Virus record (IMG/VR): IMGVR_UViG_3300018080_000098
Coordinates: 1 to 64,000 of that record
DNA length: 64,000 bases
Reading direction: 5' to 3' (one strand)
Shown: positions 8,948 to 19,649 of the stretch, one piece after another
Numbering within the stretch: the first letter of the stretch is position 1
Layout: every line of letters begins with the position of its first letter
The notes under the pieces: generated by a model
The model's input: the letters and a program-made list of their open reading frames with translations, nothing else
What the model was told of the DNA's origin: nothing
Database searches by the model: none
Translations under genes and position numbers: made by a program

Positions 8948-9045
8948 ACTTCCGCGCTCCCCGGTTTAACCAAACGTCCAGGAGCGCCCAGCCTTCCCGG
9001 CGCCCCCTTCCGCACTTCCAACACTGTATGATATTTTCGACGGGA

Positions 9046-9981
9046 CTAAGCCGTCTCGTACTCCGCGTCCCGCTCCGCCTGCGCTTTGTAGCGCCTGCTA
9101 GACGCCCGGCTCAGCTTCGCGAAGTCCAGACCCTGAGTATCGCAGTAGTGCCGAAGGTCCGTCAACATCTCCGTGACGTTCAAGTCCGCTACCATCGAAG
9201 GGTCGTAGGGACACTCCCCGTTCAACAGGTCCACGATCCGCTTACGCGCAGCACCCCGATGGATGCTCATGTCCTTGCACTCGCGTCCCATCGCCAGCAA
9301 AGCCGTCTCCCGCGGGTCTTTCCCCGTCATCTCCGGAGTATCCTTCGGCCCATCGAACTCAGCAGGATAATTCATACGGTAGAGCATCGACTCCAACCGC
9401 TCCATGATTTCCCCAACCTTGCTCACAGGTGGCAGATCGTCCAGGTCGAAAACAGCTACCAGAGGCACCGCACTACCCTTACCACCCAGCCTGTGCATCG
9501 CCCCCTTGTAGTCAACCGGACTCTCCCCGTAGTAAACCTCCAGATTCCTGTTGTCCAGGTTTACTAGGTAAATCCCCTCGCACAAGAATCCACCCTCTCC
9601 ACCAAACCCGAACTCGATCTCCCCCTGTAGCTCCGTAGCCCCATTCAGCACACACTCCAACACCTTCGCTCCACAGTCACGGTGAAGGTGCGGAAACTTC
9701 TCACTGAACCTGTTGGAGTCAGCGCACGATACGAAACCCCCATTTTCGTTCAGGTTCACTCCCAACGACTTCCACAGAAGCTCGTACTCGTTCCTGTCAA
9801 TGTACCGAGTCGCAGCCACCGCAGCCCGGAACTTCTCTCTACCCTCCGGCGTACTCAGGTGCTTACAGCAGAACTTCAGCGCCGTTACACCCTGGCCCGC
9901 CGGATAGTGATCCCACTGCCCGTACTGCGCCACCCGATGCTCACCGTTCAGCACCACCACTGTCAATCCTCGCGTTCCCAT
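9046..9981 (-). CDS. Conserved hypothetical protein
   Basis: MGTRGL...AQYGQWDHYPAGQG; 311 aa; AGGAG RBS. Confidence 0.8.
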   Translation of the reverse strand: MGTRGLTVVVLNGEHRVAQYGQWDHYPAGQGVTALKFCCKHLSTPEGREKFRAAVAATRYIDRNEYELLWKSLGVNLNENGGFVSCADSNRFSEKFPHLHRDCGAKVLECVLNGATELQGEIEFGFGGEGGFLCEGIYLVNLDNRNLEVYYGESPVDYKGAMHRLGGKGSAVPLVAVFDLDDLPPVSKVGEIMERLESMLYRMNYPAEFDGPKDTPEMTGKDPRETALLAMGRECKDMSIHRGAARKRIVDLLNGECPYDPSMVADLNVTEMLTDLRHYCDTQGLDFAKLSRASSRRYKAQAERDAEYETA

Positions 9982-10020
9982 TTCCCTTATCTCCTTTTCT
10001 CGTGTGAATATTCACACAAC

Positions 10021-10209
10021 TCAGTTGACAAACGATAGCTCGTGCGCGAAGACCTCCACGCTACTCTCCTGATCGTCTACCAGGTGGACAACGTCGCCTT
10101 TGATCTCGACGTACTTGATAGTGATCAGCCTACTGCATGCGTCCGCATCAGGATCAGCCCAGTACACTTCGTCCCCGGCTTTCAGTTCTTCCGCTTCTGC
10201 TAGTGTCAT
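10021..10209 (-). CDS. Small SH3/KOW-like hypothetical protein
   Basis: LKAGDEVYW...; GGAG RBS. Confidence 0.6.
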   Translation of the reverse strand: MTLAEAEELKAGDEVYWADPDADACSRLITIKYVEIKGDVVHLVDDQESSVEVFAHELSFVN

Positions 10210-10224
10210 GGCCTACTCCTCCCG

Positions 10225-10458
10225 CTAGTTGTTCGCGATACCCTGCAATGCACTCTCCACACCTTCCACGTAGGAGTCTTCCTCGACGTTGATCCCCGCG
10301 CAAGCGTGTGCCAGTATCAACGCTTCGATACCGTCGAGCATCGCGTCGTACTCATCGTCCTCGCGGTCCCGGGGAATCTCCGAGTGCATACGGCCAGACC
10401 CCTCGTTGACCGTAATGCGAATCTCACCTGCACAGGTTTCCAGCTTGTACTTCGTCAT
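10225..10458 (-). CDS. Hypothetical protein
   Basis: Packed ORF in the operon. Confidence 0.65.
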   Translation of the reverse strand: MTKYKLETCAGEIRITVNEGSGRMHSEIPRDREDDEYDAMLDGIEALILAHACAGINVEEDSYVEGVESALQGIANN

Positions 10459-10787
10459 TCGCCTGCCCCTCTCTTGCGCCGCTTGACACCATAGGTTTTC
10501 TCGACCTCACGCTTGGACATCTCGTAGGGAGCGTTGCGCGGGGTGTTCTGCGGCCAGTCGGAGTAGGTGCAGGTGTCGTCCATACACCAGCCCCTGTCGT
10601 CCAGGTCACAGCCACACCAGCAGCACTCGTCCGCAGACTCGAACTCTTCGTCAGCCTTCCCCTTCAAGAAATCCTCGAAGGCTGCGTCGTCGAGTTGGTT
10701 GATAATGTACTCGCAGAGCAAATCGATCTGCGTATCCAGATTCCACCCGCACTGCTCCGCGTACTTACTCAGGGTATCGTAGCTCAT
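10455..10787 (-). CDS. Hypothetical Cys-rich protein
   Basis: GAAACGGAG RBS; CCWCGC...C...C. Confidence 0.7.
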   Translation of the reverse strand: MSYDTLSKYAEQCGWNLDTQIDLLCEYIINQLDDAAFEDFLKGKADEEFESADECCWCGCDLDDRGWCMDDTCTYSDWPQNTPRNAPYEMSKREVEKTYGVKRRKRGAGE

Positions 10788-10801
10788 TCTGCCCTCCGTT
10801 T

Positions 10802-11287
10802 CTATCGAATAGGCTCCTCAGCCTTGCGCATCTTTTCGACCAGCTCCTCAGCCACATCCCAAGTGTGTTTCATCTCCACACCCGTCATGCTGATAGCCGC
10901 AGCCCCACCACCAAACTCCCCACTACGCGGTCTGGTACACCCAGCGCTCCAGGTCATCGTCCAGATAGTGTGGTCGTCTGTCGTCTCCAGAACGTCCGAC
11001 AGAAAATAAAGCACCGTCTCCACGGCAACACCCTCGTCCGACATCACAGTCAGATAGGTCTTCCCATCATCCTCCTGGATCTTCAGATAGAAACCCACCC
11101 CGTAGTCGTGGATAGATTCCTGTAGGTCTTCCGAGAGATCCCTGTAGACAGCGTCAACCTCCTCCGGCAATTCCTTGTCCGGATTGTCAGCAACGAAATT
11201 GATCGCCGCGAAAATACCCTGAGCCACCTTCGCCTGCTCCGGCGTTACCAGATAGCTCTCCGCAAACTCACTGTAGTAATCTGCCAT
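10802..11287 (-). CDS. Hypothetical protein, paralog of 2498-3073
   Basis: WSAGCTRPRSGEFGGG. Confidence 0.8.
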   Translation of the reverse strand: MADYYSEFAESYLVTPEQAKVAQGIFAAINFVADNPDKELPEEVDAVYRDLSEDLQESIHDYGVGFYLKIQEDDGKTYLTVMSDEGVAVETVLYFLSDVLETTDDHTIWTMTWSAGCTRPRSGEFGGGAAAISMTGVEMKHTWDVAEELVEKMRKAEEPIR

Positions 11288-11586
11288 CTTGTTTCTCCGT
11301 TTCGCAAATCACCCACCGAAAATATCACACCGCACTTGACAACGTCAAGTAGAAAATTCAAACGGCCACAAATCCCGCATTACCTTCTCTACTCCCACCA
11401 AGTTAGGCTCCCACCATTCACCCTCCCCCAACACCCACAGTACCCAACCTTTTCCCTCGCGCTCCAGCATTGCCTGGTTGCGCAAAGCGATCTCCTGCAA
11501 CCGGATACGGAGCGTGCGATATTTCGGGACAACTGGAGAGCCGTCTCCGAAAGTATTGGCTAGGAGTTGGTAGTCTGCTTTGGCCA

Positions 11587-11772
11587 TCAGGGATCCATCC
11601 AGTAGGCTGTACCGTGCGACGACGGTCTGCCCAGTCCGATCTCCTCCGGTGTATACCTGGCTTCGCACATAGTACAATACCAGAACTCACCGTCGCTATC
11701 CTTGCGCGGGACAACGCAGTCGTCCCGTTCGCACCTTTCGCATGAGGGCCACTTGTGGTCGTCGTCTGTCAT
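11587..11772 (-). CDS. Small zinc-finger protein
   Basis: CERC...CTMC; ATGA overlap with the upstream gene. Confidence 0.55.
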   Translation of the reverse strand: MTDDDHKWPSCERCERDDCVVPRKDSDGEFWYCTMCEARYTPEEIGLGRPSSHGTAYWMDP

Positions 11773-12434
11773 GTGGTCACTCTTTTCTCGAAATGCTCAC
11801 TCCAGATGCTTCCATCCTTGGTGAATTCGTACTCGTTGTTGATGAGTATCTCCTCGACGTGATCGTCCTCGTGGAAGTCGTCGATCAGATCGTAGCCCTC
11901 GTCCGCCAACTTGCGGGAAAGTGCTCTCACGTCTTCCTGGATTGCACCTGCCAGAGCATTGGCCATGCGTTCCATCTCTTCCTCGTGCTCGTCGGGACAG
12001 TCTACCAACTCGACCTCCACGCTCATGGTGTTGTAGTGAGCGTAGTGACTCCCGAAGCTGTTGGGCGAGATATGCAGGGCAAAGGAAAGTTCCTCTTTCT
12101 CCAGCAGTGCGCGGGCCTTCTTTGTGATGCTCCTACGCTGGTCAGCCTCCGCGAATTGCTCCCGCACTACTCGGTCGAAGAGTGCGAGCCCCACATCACA
12201 GCTACCGTAAAACGCCATCCCGTCACCCTGACAATAGGACAGACGCCAACGAATATCCCTCGTAGGATACCCAGCTTCCCCTACGTGGTGCTGAAAATGG
12301 TCCTCCACCCAGAAGCACGCACCCTCGTCCCCGTTCTGCCTTTCCGTATCGGACCACTCCTCCCGCGCAGCCTTCTGCGCTTCGGGGGACAAATCCGAAT
12401 ATTCGTACACTTCGATTTGAATCGTTCGTGACAT
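11769..12434 (-). CDS. Conserved phage/plasmid hypothetical protein (antitoxin-like phage family)
   Basis: MSRTIQIEVYEYSDLS...SYCQGDG...NNEYEFTKDG. Confidence 0.7.
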   Translation of the reverse strand: MSRTIQIEVYEYSDLSPEAQKAAREEWSDTERQNGDEGACFWVEDHFQHHVGEAGYPTRDIRWRLSYCQGDGMAFYGSCDVGLALFDRVVREQFAEADQRRSITKKARALLEKEELSFALHISPNSFGSHYAHYNTMSVEVELVDCPDEHEEEMERMANALAGAIQEDVRALSRKLADEGYDLIDDFHEDDHVEEILINNEYEFTKDGSIWSEHFEKRVTT

Positions 12435-12521
12435 TTCAGCAGCTCCTAGTTGTTTCCATCCGACGCGATCAAAAATATCAAAACCGCCGCGCGCCGTCAA
12501 GAAAATTCGACAAAATATTTT

Positions 12522-12782
12522 TCAGCGGAGCGCTGGATGGACTGGCCTACTCTCGTCACAAACCGGACAACCCTCGTCAAAATAATACCAGCACTTGTGC
12601 TCGCGGCACCATTCCTGCTCCCTACCCTTTTCCGCACCGTACAATGCCGCACACTTTACCGTGCAGAACATAGGCCGCTCCTTTGGCCACTCTACCGGCC
12701 GCTCTCCACAATACATGCAACGTGGTTTCACTGGTCCTCTTGGCATCTCACCACAATAACCAATCGAACAATACGTTGTCAA
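12522..12782 (-). CDS. Cys-rich hypothetical protein (true start probably MPRGPVK)
   Basis: Several CxxC motifs; lies directly downstream of a promoter. Confidence 0.5.
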   Translation of the reverse strand: MTTYCSIGYCGEMPRGPVKPRCMYCGERPVEWPKERPMFCTVKCAALYGAEKGREQEWCREHKCWYYFDEGCPVCDESRPVHPALR

Positions 12783-13077
12783 GTTAAATATCGTTTTATT
12801 GGTTCGAGTTGATTTATTTAATGGTTTCCGATGGTTTCGCCGCCACTAGCAACAGGATAATAGCTGTGAAGGTTGGGTAACTGCGCGTTAAACTCGAACC
12901 AAAAAATTCTATCCTTACTCAATTTTGCGCTTTCCGCCACACGCGGTCTAGTGATTACGCGGAGTTACGCGGGCCACCCCTCCGCGTTTCCGGGTTAAAC
13001 CGAACGTCCGGGGAGCCCTCGGGCTCCACCTATCCCCTGTCAACTACTTTTTGTGGTATTTTTCTGACCAGAAAAGG

Positions 13078-13590
13078 CTACGCTGCCTGCTTGTCTTTCT
13101 TTTCCTTCCACTTGCGCGGACACTTCCCCTCCAAGATACGCTTCGCCTGGCGATCCGTGTTCAGTCGCTTCCACGTCGAACGATCCGCAGCCTCGCCTAC
13201 CTCGTAGACTTCCACGCCCGTCTTCTTGATCACGTAGGCGTACTCGATATCCCAGTGGACTTCAGTACACACACCGTAGCCCAGAAAATCGTTGCCATCG
13301 TTGTCGAGAATCCGCTGCATGAATAGGGAGGGCTTCTCGTCATCCTTCACGTAACAACGTTCCATGACTTCCAGCATATGCGCCGAAGCCTTCGCAATCA
13401 TGAAGTGCATCAGCTGCGCCGCGATGTACTCCGGATCCCAGCCACGGTACGCCATGAACTTCCCCAGAAACTCCGCCAGGTCCGGGACCACCCCGGGAAA
13501 CTCCGGGTAACCGTCACTGTGACGATACAGGATAACCCTGAAATCCCCGAACTCCGGGTCCTCAATGAAAATGTGACACCGTGTACTCAT
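13078..13590 (-). CDS. Conserved phage hypothetical protein
   Basis: MSTRCHI...YRHSDGYP...DIEYAY. Confidence 0.8.
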   Translation of the reverse strand: MSTRCHIFIEDPEFGDFRVILYRHSDGYPEFPGVVPDLAEFLGKFMAYRGWDPEYIAAQLMHFMIAKASAHMLEVMERCYVKDDEKPSLFMQRILDNDGNDFLGYGVCTEVHWDIEYAYVIKKTGVEVYEVGEAADRSTWKRLNTDRQAKRILEGKCPRKWKEKKDKQAA

Positions 13591-13622
13591 TCCCTTTTCT
13601 CCGTTTCTTCTGTTGCCTACCA

Positions 13623-14363
13623 CTACACGCGGTAGTCCTCTTTGTCGAACTTGATCCCCTGCCGTTCGTAAGCCTTGATGCAGGCATCGCAGGCTTTGAT
13701 GAAATACTTGACAGCATCCGCCTCGATAGCACTCACTGCCCTGGGCAGGTTTCCACTGCTATCCGCAGAATACGTATGCTCCAGCATAGCCTCTGCGTAT
13801 ACCCTGCGCCGGTTGACCACCGCATTCGGAAGCTTGTCAGCAGGAGCACACAGCAAATCTTTGCAGAGCCTCCCAAGCATGTCGTGCATCACGGCATCGT
13901 ATGCCCACCTGATAGTGTGTGACAAATTCTCCTCAGCTTCTAGCAGAAACTTACGCTTGAGCTTCTCATTGGCATCCACTTCCCACTGGAGAATCGCTAC
14001 GACCTCCGGGTGAGCAGCTGCAATCTTCTCCGCCATCGGACGATCCTCTACCTCACGACGCTTCCGCTCCGCAGTCTTGTGACAACCTTCCGGAACTCGC
14101 TTGCCACCCCGCTCAGACGAAATGGAGTCCCGATCGGGAAGGACCATACGCACGTAGGAAAGACGCTCCCCGGTAAACCAGATCCCCCTTCCCTCGTGCT
14201 CCGCGTAGTACCCCTCTTTGCCGTTCAGATTCAGATTGGAAACGTTTCCTGCTTTCCAGATCTTCCACCCGCGCCAGGTGTAGTCAGCTACTTCCTTACC
14301 AGGAGACAGCTTAGCACGAACGTCACCACCGTCAACAATTGCCACGTCGTCTGAATGTTTCAT
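13623..14363 (-). CDS. Hypothetical protein
   Basis: GAAACGGAG RBS; 246 aa. Confidence 0.75.
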   Translation of the reverse strand: MKHSDDVAIVDGGDVRAKLSPGKEVADYTWRGWKIWKAGNVSNLNLNGKEGYYAEHEGRGIWFTGERLSYVRMVLPDRDSISSERGGKRVPEGCHKTAERKRREVEDRPMAEKIAAAHPEVVAILQWEVDANEKLKRKFLLEAEENLSHTIRWAYDAVMHDMLGRLCKDLLCAPADKLPNAVVNRRRVYAEAMLEHTYSADSSGNLPRAVSAIEADAVKYFIKACDACIKAYERQGIKFDKEDYRV

Positions 14364-14439
14364 CGTTTTCTCCGTTTCTCAATTCGTGCGACAAAAATAT
14401 CACACCGAACTTTACGTTGTCAAGAAAAATATTCGACGA

Positions 14440-14940
14440 CTAGCTGCTCGCCCAGCCGAAAAAGAGAAAGACCTTACCCTGCTTCCCCTTGTACCCTTCC
14501 CGCTTGCGGAATTCCTGCGCGTCCTTACCCGTGATTTCCACGCATCCCGCAGGCCCCCACTTGTTGTCCACTGCCTGGTGAGCTTTCCTGATCCACGGCA
14601 CCAGCTTTTCCGGGAGCTTCTTACGCTCCGCTACCTGAGTGTACCACTCGCCGTCCCGGTTCATGCAGCTTGTAGTCCGGTCGAAGTCTTTCGCGTCCTC
14701 GTGCTCTTTGAGCCTACGCCAGACCCAGTAGTGCTCCTCGTTGTTGATAGAGCAGCCTGCCAGGTCACGGATAGACAGGCGCGTGTCGGGCTTCGGAAGC
14801 ATCACAAAGTCATGCTTCTCCGCAATAGTTCCCGTGTAGCCGCCATGCCCGTGCTCCCACTGAGCTTGGTGTACCGCATCCCGAAAGGCGTCTTTGGCCG
14901 TCTTGCCGAAAGCATACGTGTAGAAAATGTTAGCACCCAT
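14440..14940 (-). CDS. Conserved phage hypothetical protein
   Basis: AKDAFRDAV...GHGGYTGTIAEK...KWGPAGC...FLFFGWASS. Confidence 0.8.
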   Translation of the reverse strand: MGANIFYTYAFGKTAKDAFRDAVHQAQWEHGHGGYTGTIAEKHDFVMLPKPDTRLSIRDLAGCSINNEEHYWVWRRLKEHEDAKDFDRTTSCMNRDGEWYTQVAERKKLPEKLVPWIRKAHQAVDNKWGPAGCVEITGKDAQEFRKREGYKGKQGKVFLFFGWASS

Positions 14941-14941
14941 G

Positions 14942-15331
14942 TTAGCACCTCACCCTTTCGTAAGCTTCCTCCAGGTGACGTTCCCACGCATCCATCGCGT
15001 CGAAGCGACTACCACCCGTAGCCTCGTACAGCTTGTCGTGGAAATCCCCTACAACCTCACGGACTGCGGTATCTCCCGCTTCGCCGTAGCTCTTGGTGCG
15101 TTGCATACGCAGCCACTTGACAATGTAGGTGACGAGTACCTGCCGACGCTTCTGCGTCGAGACGCGCCCTTCTTTCTCCTTCGCCTTTTCGAGTTTGTCT
15201 ATCGCATCCTGAGCGATAGCCTTGAGCCGCTTGTTCCCCTTACTGGTGAACATACCCCACCGCTCGTAAGGCTTGAGCTCCCTCTCCACCGTTTCTCGAT
15301 GGACCCTCTCGATCCTGATCATGGGTGCCAT
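14942..15331 (-). CDS. Hypothetical protein
   Basis: MAPMIRIE start follows the GAAACGGAGG RBS. Confidence 0.7.
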   Translation of the reverse strand: MAPMIRIERVHRETVERELKPYERWGMFTSKGNKRLKAIAQDAIDKLEKAKEKEGRVSTQKRRQVLVTYIVKWLRMQRTKSYGEAGDTAVREVVGDFHDKLYEATGGSRFDAMDAWERHLEEAYERVRC

Positions 15332-15882
15332 CCTACTACCTCCGTTTCGTTCTGATACACCAGAGAATTGCAGTTGGGACAAATCCCCTGCGGGACCGTG
15401 TCCCCAGGAGAAACCCGATCTACCACCAGCGGGTCGGGCCAACGATACTTCAGCTTGCCTACCGGCCACCGGTTTCTTCCGCACGCAGGATTGCTGCACG
15501 TAAGCACAGGCTCCTCTGCGATAGCCTTCGCCAGATCGTCCAAGCTTACCTCGTCTACCTCACCGCCCCGGTAAACATAAGAGAAAAGAAACCCCTCGCA
15601 GTAGAAGGTCTGGTAGGACCCATCTTCCACAAAAGGCGCAATCTCCTCGTAGAACTTTTCCTCGTAGTTCGACGACCAATTTAAGCTATTCGGATAGGCG
15701 TCCACAATATCTCCATCCTTCGTCATGCTCAACTCGATGCCGAAGTTTGCACAGACGTCATGGACGTCCTCACCTTTCGCAAACTCCTCCCCCAGCGAAC
15801 GCAGGTGCTCCACCATCGCTCCCACGTTTTCCTTTTTGATTTCGATGTTACCACCCTGACCAACGTATGCTGTCATACTCAT
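15319..15882 (-). CDS. Hypothetical protein with C-terminal zinc ribbon
   Basis: Leader carries both conserved motifs; CSNPAC...CPNC. Confidence 0.75.
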   Translation of the reverse strand: MSMTAYVGQGGNIEIKKENVGAMVEHLRSLGEEFAKGEDVHDVCANFGIELSMTKDGDIVDAYPNSLNWSSNYEEKFYEEIAPFVEDGSYQTFYCEGFLFSYVYRGGEVDEVSLDDLAKAIAEEPVLTCSNPACGRNRWPVGKLKYRWPDPLVVDRVSPGDTVPQGICPNCNSLVYQNETEVVGWHP

Positions 15883-15997
15883 GATGTTTCTCCGTTTCGC
15901 TCGTTTCCATCCGACGTGTCAAATATAACAACGCGCCACCGCACGGTCAAGAAAAATCGAATTAAAAAATTTTTTGAACGGGAAAGAAAAGGCGGGG

Positions 15998-16573
15998 CTA
16001 CTTCTTGGTCTTGCGCACCTTCGCAGTCTTCTTGCGCCGCTTGTGCTGCACGTAGAACGCACAGATTTCGTGGAGCAGCTCACCCTGGATAACGTCGTAT
16101 CCCAGCTTCTGCTTCGCCAACGTCATCGCCTCGCGGTACTCCCTACGATGCTCCGCGTGCAGCCAAACAGCTACAGTTTTCGGGGCGTTCGCATCGTGTA
16201 CCCCCTTGGCCATCGCACGGAGTTTGCTCACCGGCTCGTCCAGAGCATACTCCAACCACTCGCCCACGTTGTCTTTCCGCGCGAGCTTCGTCAACGCCGC
16301 TACCTTGCAACGCCCCAACGTAGCCAGACGCTCCCGCTGAGACTTCGTGATACCGTAACGACTCGTCCACCGAGCAATTACCAGCAGCTCGTAAGACGCA
16401 CCCACCGGAACTCCTACCTCGCTCTCCACGTAGTCCTTCCAAGTCTTCCAGCCCCAGTTCTGGTGGAAGCTGTTGCGGTGAACTACCCAGAGAATATCCG
16501 CCAGGCGGAACAACGCATCATTCACTTCCCGGCCCAGCTTGCGCGCCAACGCGCGTACTTGTGCTTTCGTCAT
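15998..16573 (-). CDS. Hypothetical basic, putative DNA-binding protein
   Basis: 191 aa; AAGGAG RBS; basic C-terminal tail. Confidence 0.7.
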   Translation of the reverse strand: MTKAQVRALARKLGREVNDALFRLADILWVVHRNSFHQNWGWKTWKDYVESEVGVPVGASYELLVIARWTSRYGITKSQRERLATLGRCKVAALTKLARKDNVGEWLEYALDEPVSKLRAMAKGVHDANAPKTVAVWLHAEHRREYREAMTLAKQKLGYDVIQGELLHEICAFYVQHKRRKKTAKVRKTKK

Positions 16574-16585
16574 TCCCTTTACTCC

Positions 16586-16813
16586 TTACACGCTCAGCGC
16601 GCGTCCAATGGATACCCCAGGGCACTCCGTACAATGGTACTCCCCGTGCGTCCGCACCAGAGGAGCTCCACAGTCAGGACACATGCCCTTGCGTACCATC
16701 CTGCGACCCCTACGACGCCTGCCCCGAATACTCGCGCGAGGCTTGCGCTCCTCTTCGTCATCGTACCGTCTACGCTTCCGGCGCCGCTCGAAATTCCTGT
16801 TGCTACCCTGCAT
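16586..16813 (-). CDS. Arg-rich zinc-ribbon protein
   Basis: CPDCG...CTEC. Confidence 0.65.
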   Translation of the reverse strand: MQGSNRNFERRRKRRRYDDEEERKPRASIRGRRRRGRRMVRKGMCPDCGAPLVRTHGEYHCTECPGVSIGRALSV

Positions 16814-17031
16814 CTTTTTTCTCCGTTTCCAATTCACCAATCGAAAACGAATTTAACAAATGCGAAAAAATCCGTCAAGAAAAAAATCGCACCGACCGCT
16901 CCCTCCAATATTCGGTTAAACCGAACGTCCCAACCCACCTTCCCCCTTGTCAAGTTTTTATTCTGTTGTGTGAGAAATATTCGACAGGAAAGGTGGGAAG
17001 GGGTGGGGGCTCGAACGGCCCCCGGAAACTC

Positions 17032-17826
17032 TTACGCCTGGCCGTTCCCCTTCATCGGGAACGGAATGATGCCAGCAGCGCGCTCCTCACTCTGCGCTTC
17101 CATCAGCTTCTGCACCAGAGGACTCTCCACATCCTCCAGCTCCTCGCCAGGCTGCATCACAGCGAAACGAGCAAAGTCCACCGTGGAAGCGTTCATCTCC
17201 CGCTGCACATCCTCCAGCTGCATCCCGCGCTCCTCCAGAGACTTCCGCGCCAGCCCAGCCTGCTTCTTGGCGTCCGCCACCGCACGCTGAAGATAGTCCG
17301 CTGCATCCTCCGGCAGCACAGCATCGAAGCCCTTCAACTGCTTCGCCACGTCCCGGATACCCTTGACGTCCGCAGCTTTCACCGCGTCCCTCAGTGCGTC
17401 CAGAAGCTCCCGAAGCTCCGACAGCATATCTCCCAGAGCCACTTCGTTCTCGCCAGAAATGGCAAACTTCAGCGCACGAAACCGAAGGTTCGTGTAAGTC
17501 GACGTAGCATTGAATTCCCGCACGTCTCGCTTACACTTCTCGATCATCTCCTCCAGCTCAGCCTCGCGGTCCACAGGAACAATCGTCCCCAGCTCGTTCG
17601 CCCGCCCCAGACGCTCCACCGCACGCTTCACTCGACCGGCCAGACTCACACCCTTGTTGCGCTCCTCTTTGTCGTTGACCGTCTTCTGTGTCTTCCACTC
17701 CGAGTCCTCGCGCTTACCCTGGCGCTCCGTCTTCCCGTCCGAATGCCGGTAGCTCAGCCCACCATGCACTCCGCACTTGAACACTACCAGAAAACAATTC
17801 TTCAGATCCTCAATCTTCGTCGGCAT
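17032..17826 (-). CDS. Hypothetical helical protein downstream of the AAA ATPase
   Basis: 264 aa; GAAACGGAG RBS. Confidence 0.75.
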   Translation of the reverse strand: MPTKIEDLKNCFLVVFKCGVHGGLSYRHSDGKTERQGKREDSEWKTQKTVNDKEERNKGVSLAGRVKRAVERLGRANELGTIVPVDREAELEEMIEKCKRDVREFNATSTYTNLRFRALKFAISGENEVALGDMLSELRELLDALRDAVKAADVKGIRDVAKQLKGFDAVLPEDAADYLQRAVADAKKQAGLARKSLEERGMQLEDVQREMNASTVDFARFAVMQPGEELEDVESPLVQKLMEAQSEERAAGIIPFPMKGNGQA

Positions 17827-17878
17827 ACTCTTTCTCCGTTTCTCTCTTTCGAGTTTATCCTACGCCTTCCAATAAGGC

Positions 17879-19609
17879 TTAGTTGCTTCCAGACTTACCG
17901 CCGATCCCACCCATCATCACCGGGCGGAACATTTCCTCACCAGACGGCTGATCCTTCTCCTCACTCTTCGACGCCTGCCGCGCTCCCTTACCCCACTCAC
18001 GCTGACGCGCCAGCTTGCCCTCACTCCAACCTTCCACCACCGGACGAATCTGCTTCGCCTCACTCACGATGTCCGCAGTCTCGATCGCGCGCTCCTCGTA
18101 ATTACTACGCTTGATCGCGTTGATCACTGCCTGCTCCAGCTCTGCACCCGTGAAGTTCTTCGTCGCCTCCGCTACAGCCTTCCAGTCGATGTCCATGTCC
18201 GACACGAACTCGTCAGCTGCCAGACTCTTGAACTTCCGGGCCACCACCTTCAGAACCTTCACCCGGTCTGCCGTGTTGGGCACGTCCACCCAGAACTGGT
18301 CATCGAAACGACCAGCCCGCAGAAACTCCGCGTCCAGAGCCATCGGGTCGTTGCACGTCGCCACGATAAACACCGGCTTGTCGCAGTCCTGCAACCAACC
18401 CAGAATATCCTGGCCAATCCGCCGAGACGTTCCACCATCCGTATCGCCACCACCAGAGAATCCGGCGAACCCTTTTTCGATCTCGTCGATCCACAGAATG
18501 CACGGAGAAATAGCCTCCACCACATCCCGCGCCTTGTACCACCCCTGCTCCGACTCGCCCACGTACTTCCCCATCAGCGCACCCATCGAAAGCTGCACCA
18601 CCGGAAGCTCCCAAGCCGTGCCCACGCACTTCGCCGTCAGAGACTTTCCACCACCCGGAATACCCGCGATCACGATCCCCTGCGGGCGAGGAGTGTACTC
18701 GAAACGCTGCGCGTCCAGGAACGTCTTGTAGGTGATCATCAGATATTCCTTCAGATTATCCAGACCACCAATGGCGCCCAGCCCCTGCGGAATAGTCTCG
18801 ATCCACTTCACCGCCGGGCTCGAGATCAAAGCCTTTTTCGACTGAATGAGAACCGCAGGCTCGAAACGGCCAGTCTCCGCTAGAGACACCGCACAAGCCT
18901 GCTGGGCCTGCTGATCCTCCAGCCCCAGCAGAGCATCCAGTACCTTGTTGTAAACCTCGGAGTTCGCCGCTCGGTCCGGATCGATCTTCCCCTCGTCCAT
19001 GTCCGCGTCCACCGCAGCCTTGTCCTCGTCCGTCTCCGCTCCTAGCAGATGGTAAACGATCTCCATCGAGCTAGCCGCCAGAGACTTCGCCATCCCTTTC
19101 ACCACCAACCCCAACTCCTCACGAGTAGGAAGGTCCAGCTCCACAGGTAGGAAACCGTCCACCGGCTTGTTTCGATCCACTACCACAACCTGCACCCACT
19201 GATTCCCCTTCGATGACTGGGACCGCCGATTCAGGTCCTTCAGCAGCCGCATCGCAGGCACACGTAGAGGAGAGTTCTCCCCCAGGTGATCTGCCATGTC
19301 TTCCATGATCACCAGAGCAGGACCATCATCGTAGTTCCCCAGATACTCCAGCACCCCATCAGGCTGCCCAGCCGGGGGCATGAAGGGAGACTTGCACAGC
19401 ACCGCCAGGTCGTCTCGGTTCTCCCCTTTGTCCGACTCGTTGACCAGCCCCGTGGAACAGCGCCAACGCAGAACCTTCTTGAACCCGATATCCTGAGCCG
19501 CACCCTTGAGCAAAACCTCCGCCCGAGCCTCTTCGTTGGTCCGCGCCCAAAGCAAACCAGACCGCGCTCGAATCAGCTTGCTAAGAGTTTTCATGAATTT
19601 CTGAGACAT
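17879..19609 (-). CDS. AAA+ ATPase (Ycf46/SpoVK-like)
   Basis: Walker A GIPGGGKS, Walker B ILWIDEIEK, SRH LRAGRFD; degenerate N-terminal AAA domain. Confidence 0.9.
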   Translation of the reverse strand: MSQKFMKTLSKLIRARSGLLWARTNEEARAEVLLKGAAQDIGFKKVLRWRCSTGLVNESDKGENRDDLAVLCKSPFMPPAGQPDGVLEYLGNYDDGPALVIMEDMADHLGENSPLRVPAMRLLKDLNRRSQSSKGNQWVQVVVVDRNKPVDGFLPVELDLPTREELGLVVKGMAKSLAASSMEIVYHLLGAETDEDKAAVDADMDEGKIDPDRAANSEVYNKVLDALLGLEDQQAQQACAVSLAETGRFEPAVLIQSKKALISSPAVKWIETIPQGLGAIGGLDNLKEYLMITYKTFLDAQRFEYTPRPQGIVIAGIPGGGKSLTAKCVGTAWELPVVQLSMGALMGKYVGESEQGWYKARDVVEAISPCILWIDEIEKGFAGFSGGGDTDGGTSRRIGQDILGWLQDCDKPVFIVATCNDPMALDAEFLRAGRFDDQFWVDVPNTADRVKVLKVVARKFKSLAADEFVSDMDIDWKAVAEATKNFTGAELEQAVINAIKRSNYEERAIETADIVSEAKQIRPVVEGWSEGKLARQREWGKGARQASKSEEKDQPSGEEMFRPVMMGGIGGKSGSN

Positions 19610-19649
19610 TTCTTTTCTCCGTTTCTTTCCCTACTTGACAACGTCAAGC

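Noticed and set aside
17003-17021. tRNA-like TCGAAC motif
   Set aside because: It is a simple GGGGC/GCCCC hairpin after a stop codon with no acceptor stem; likely a terminator.
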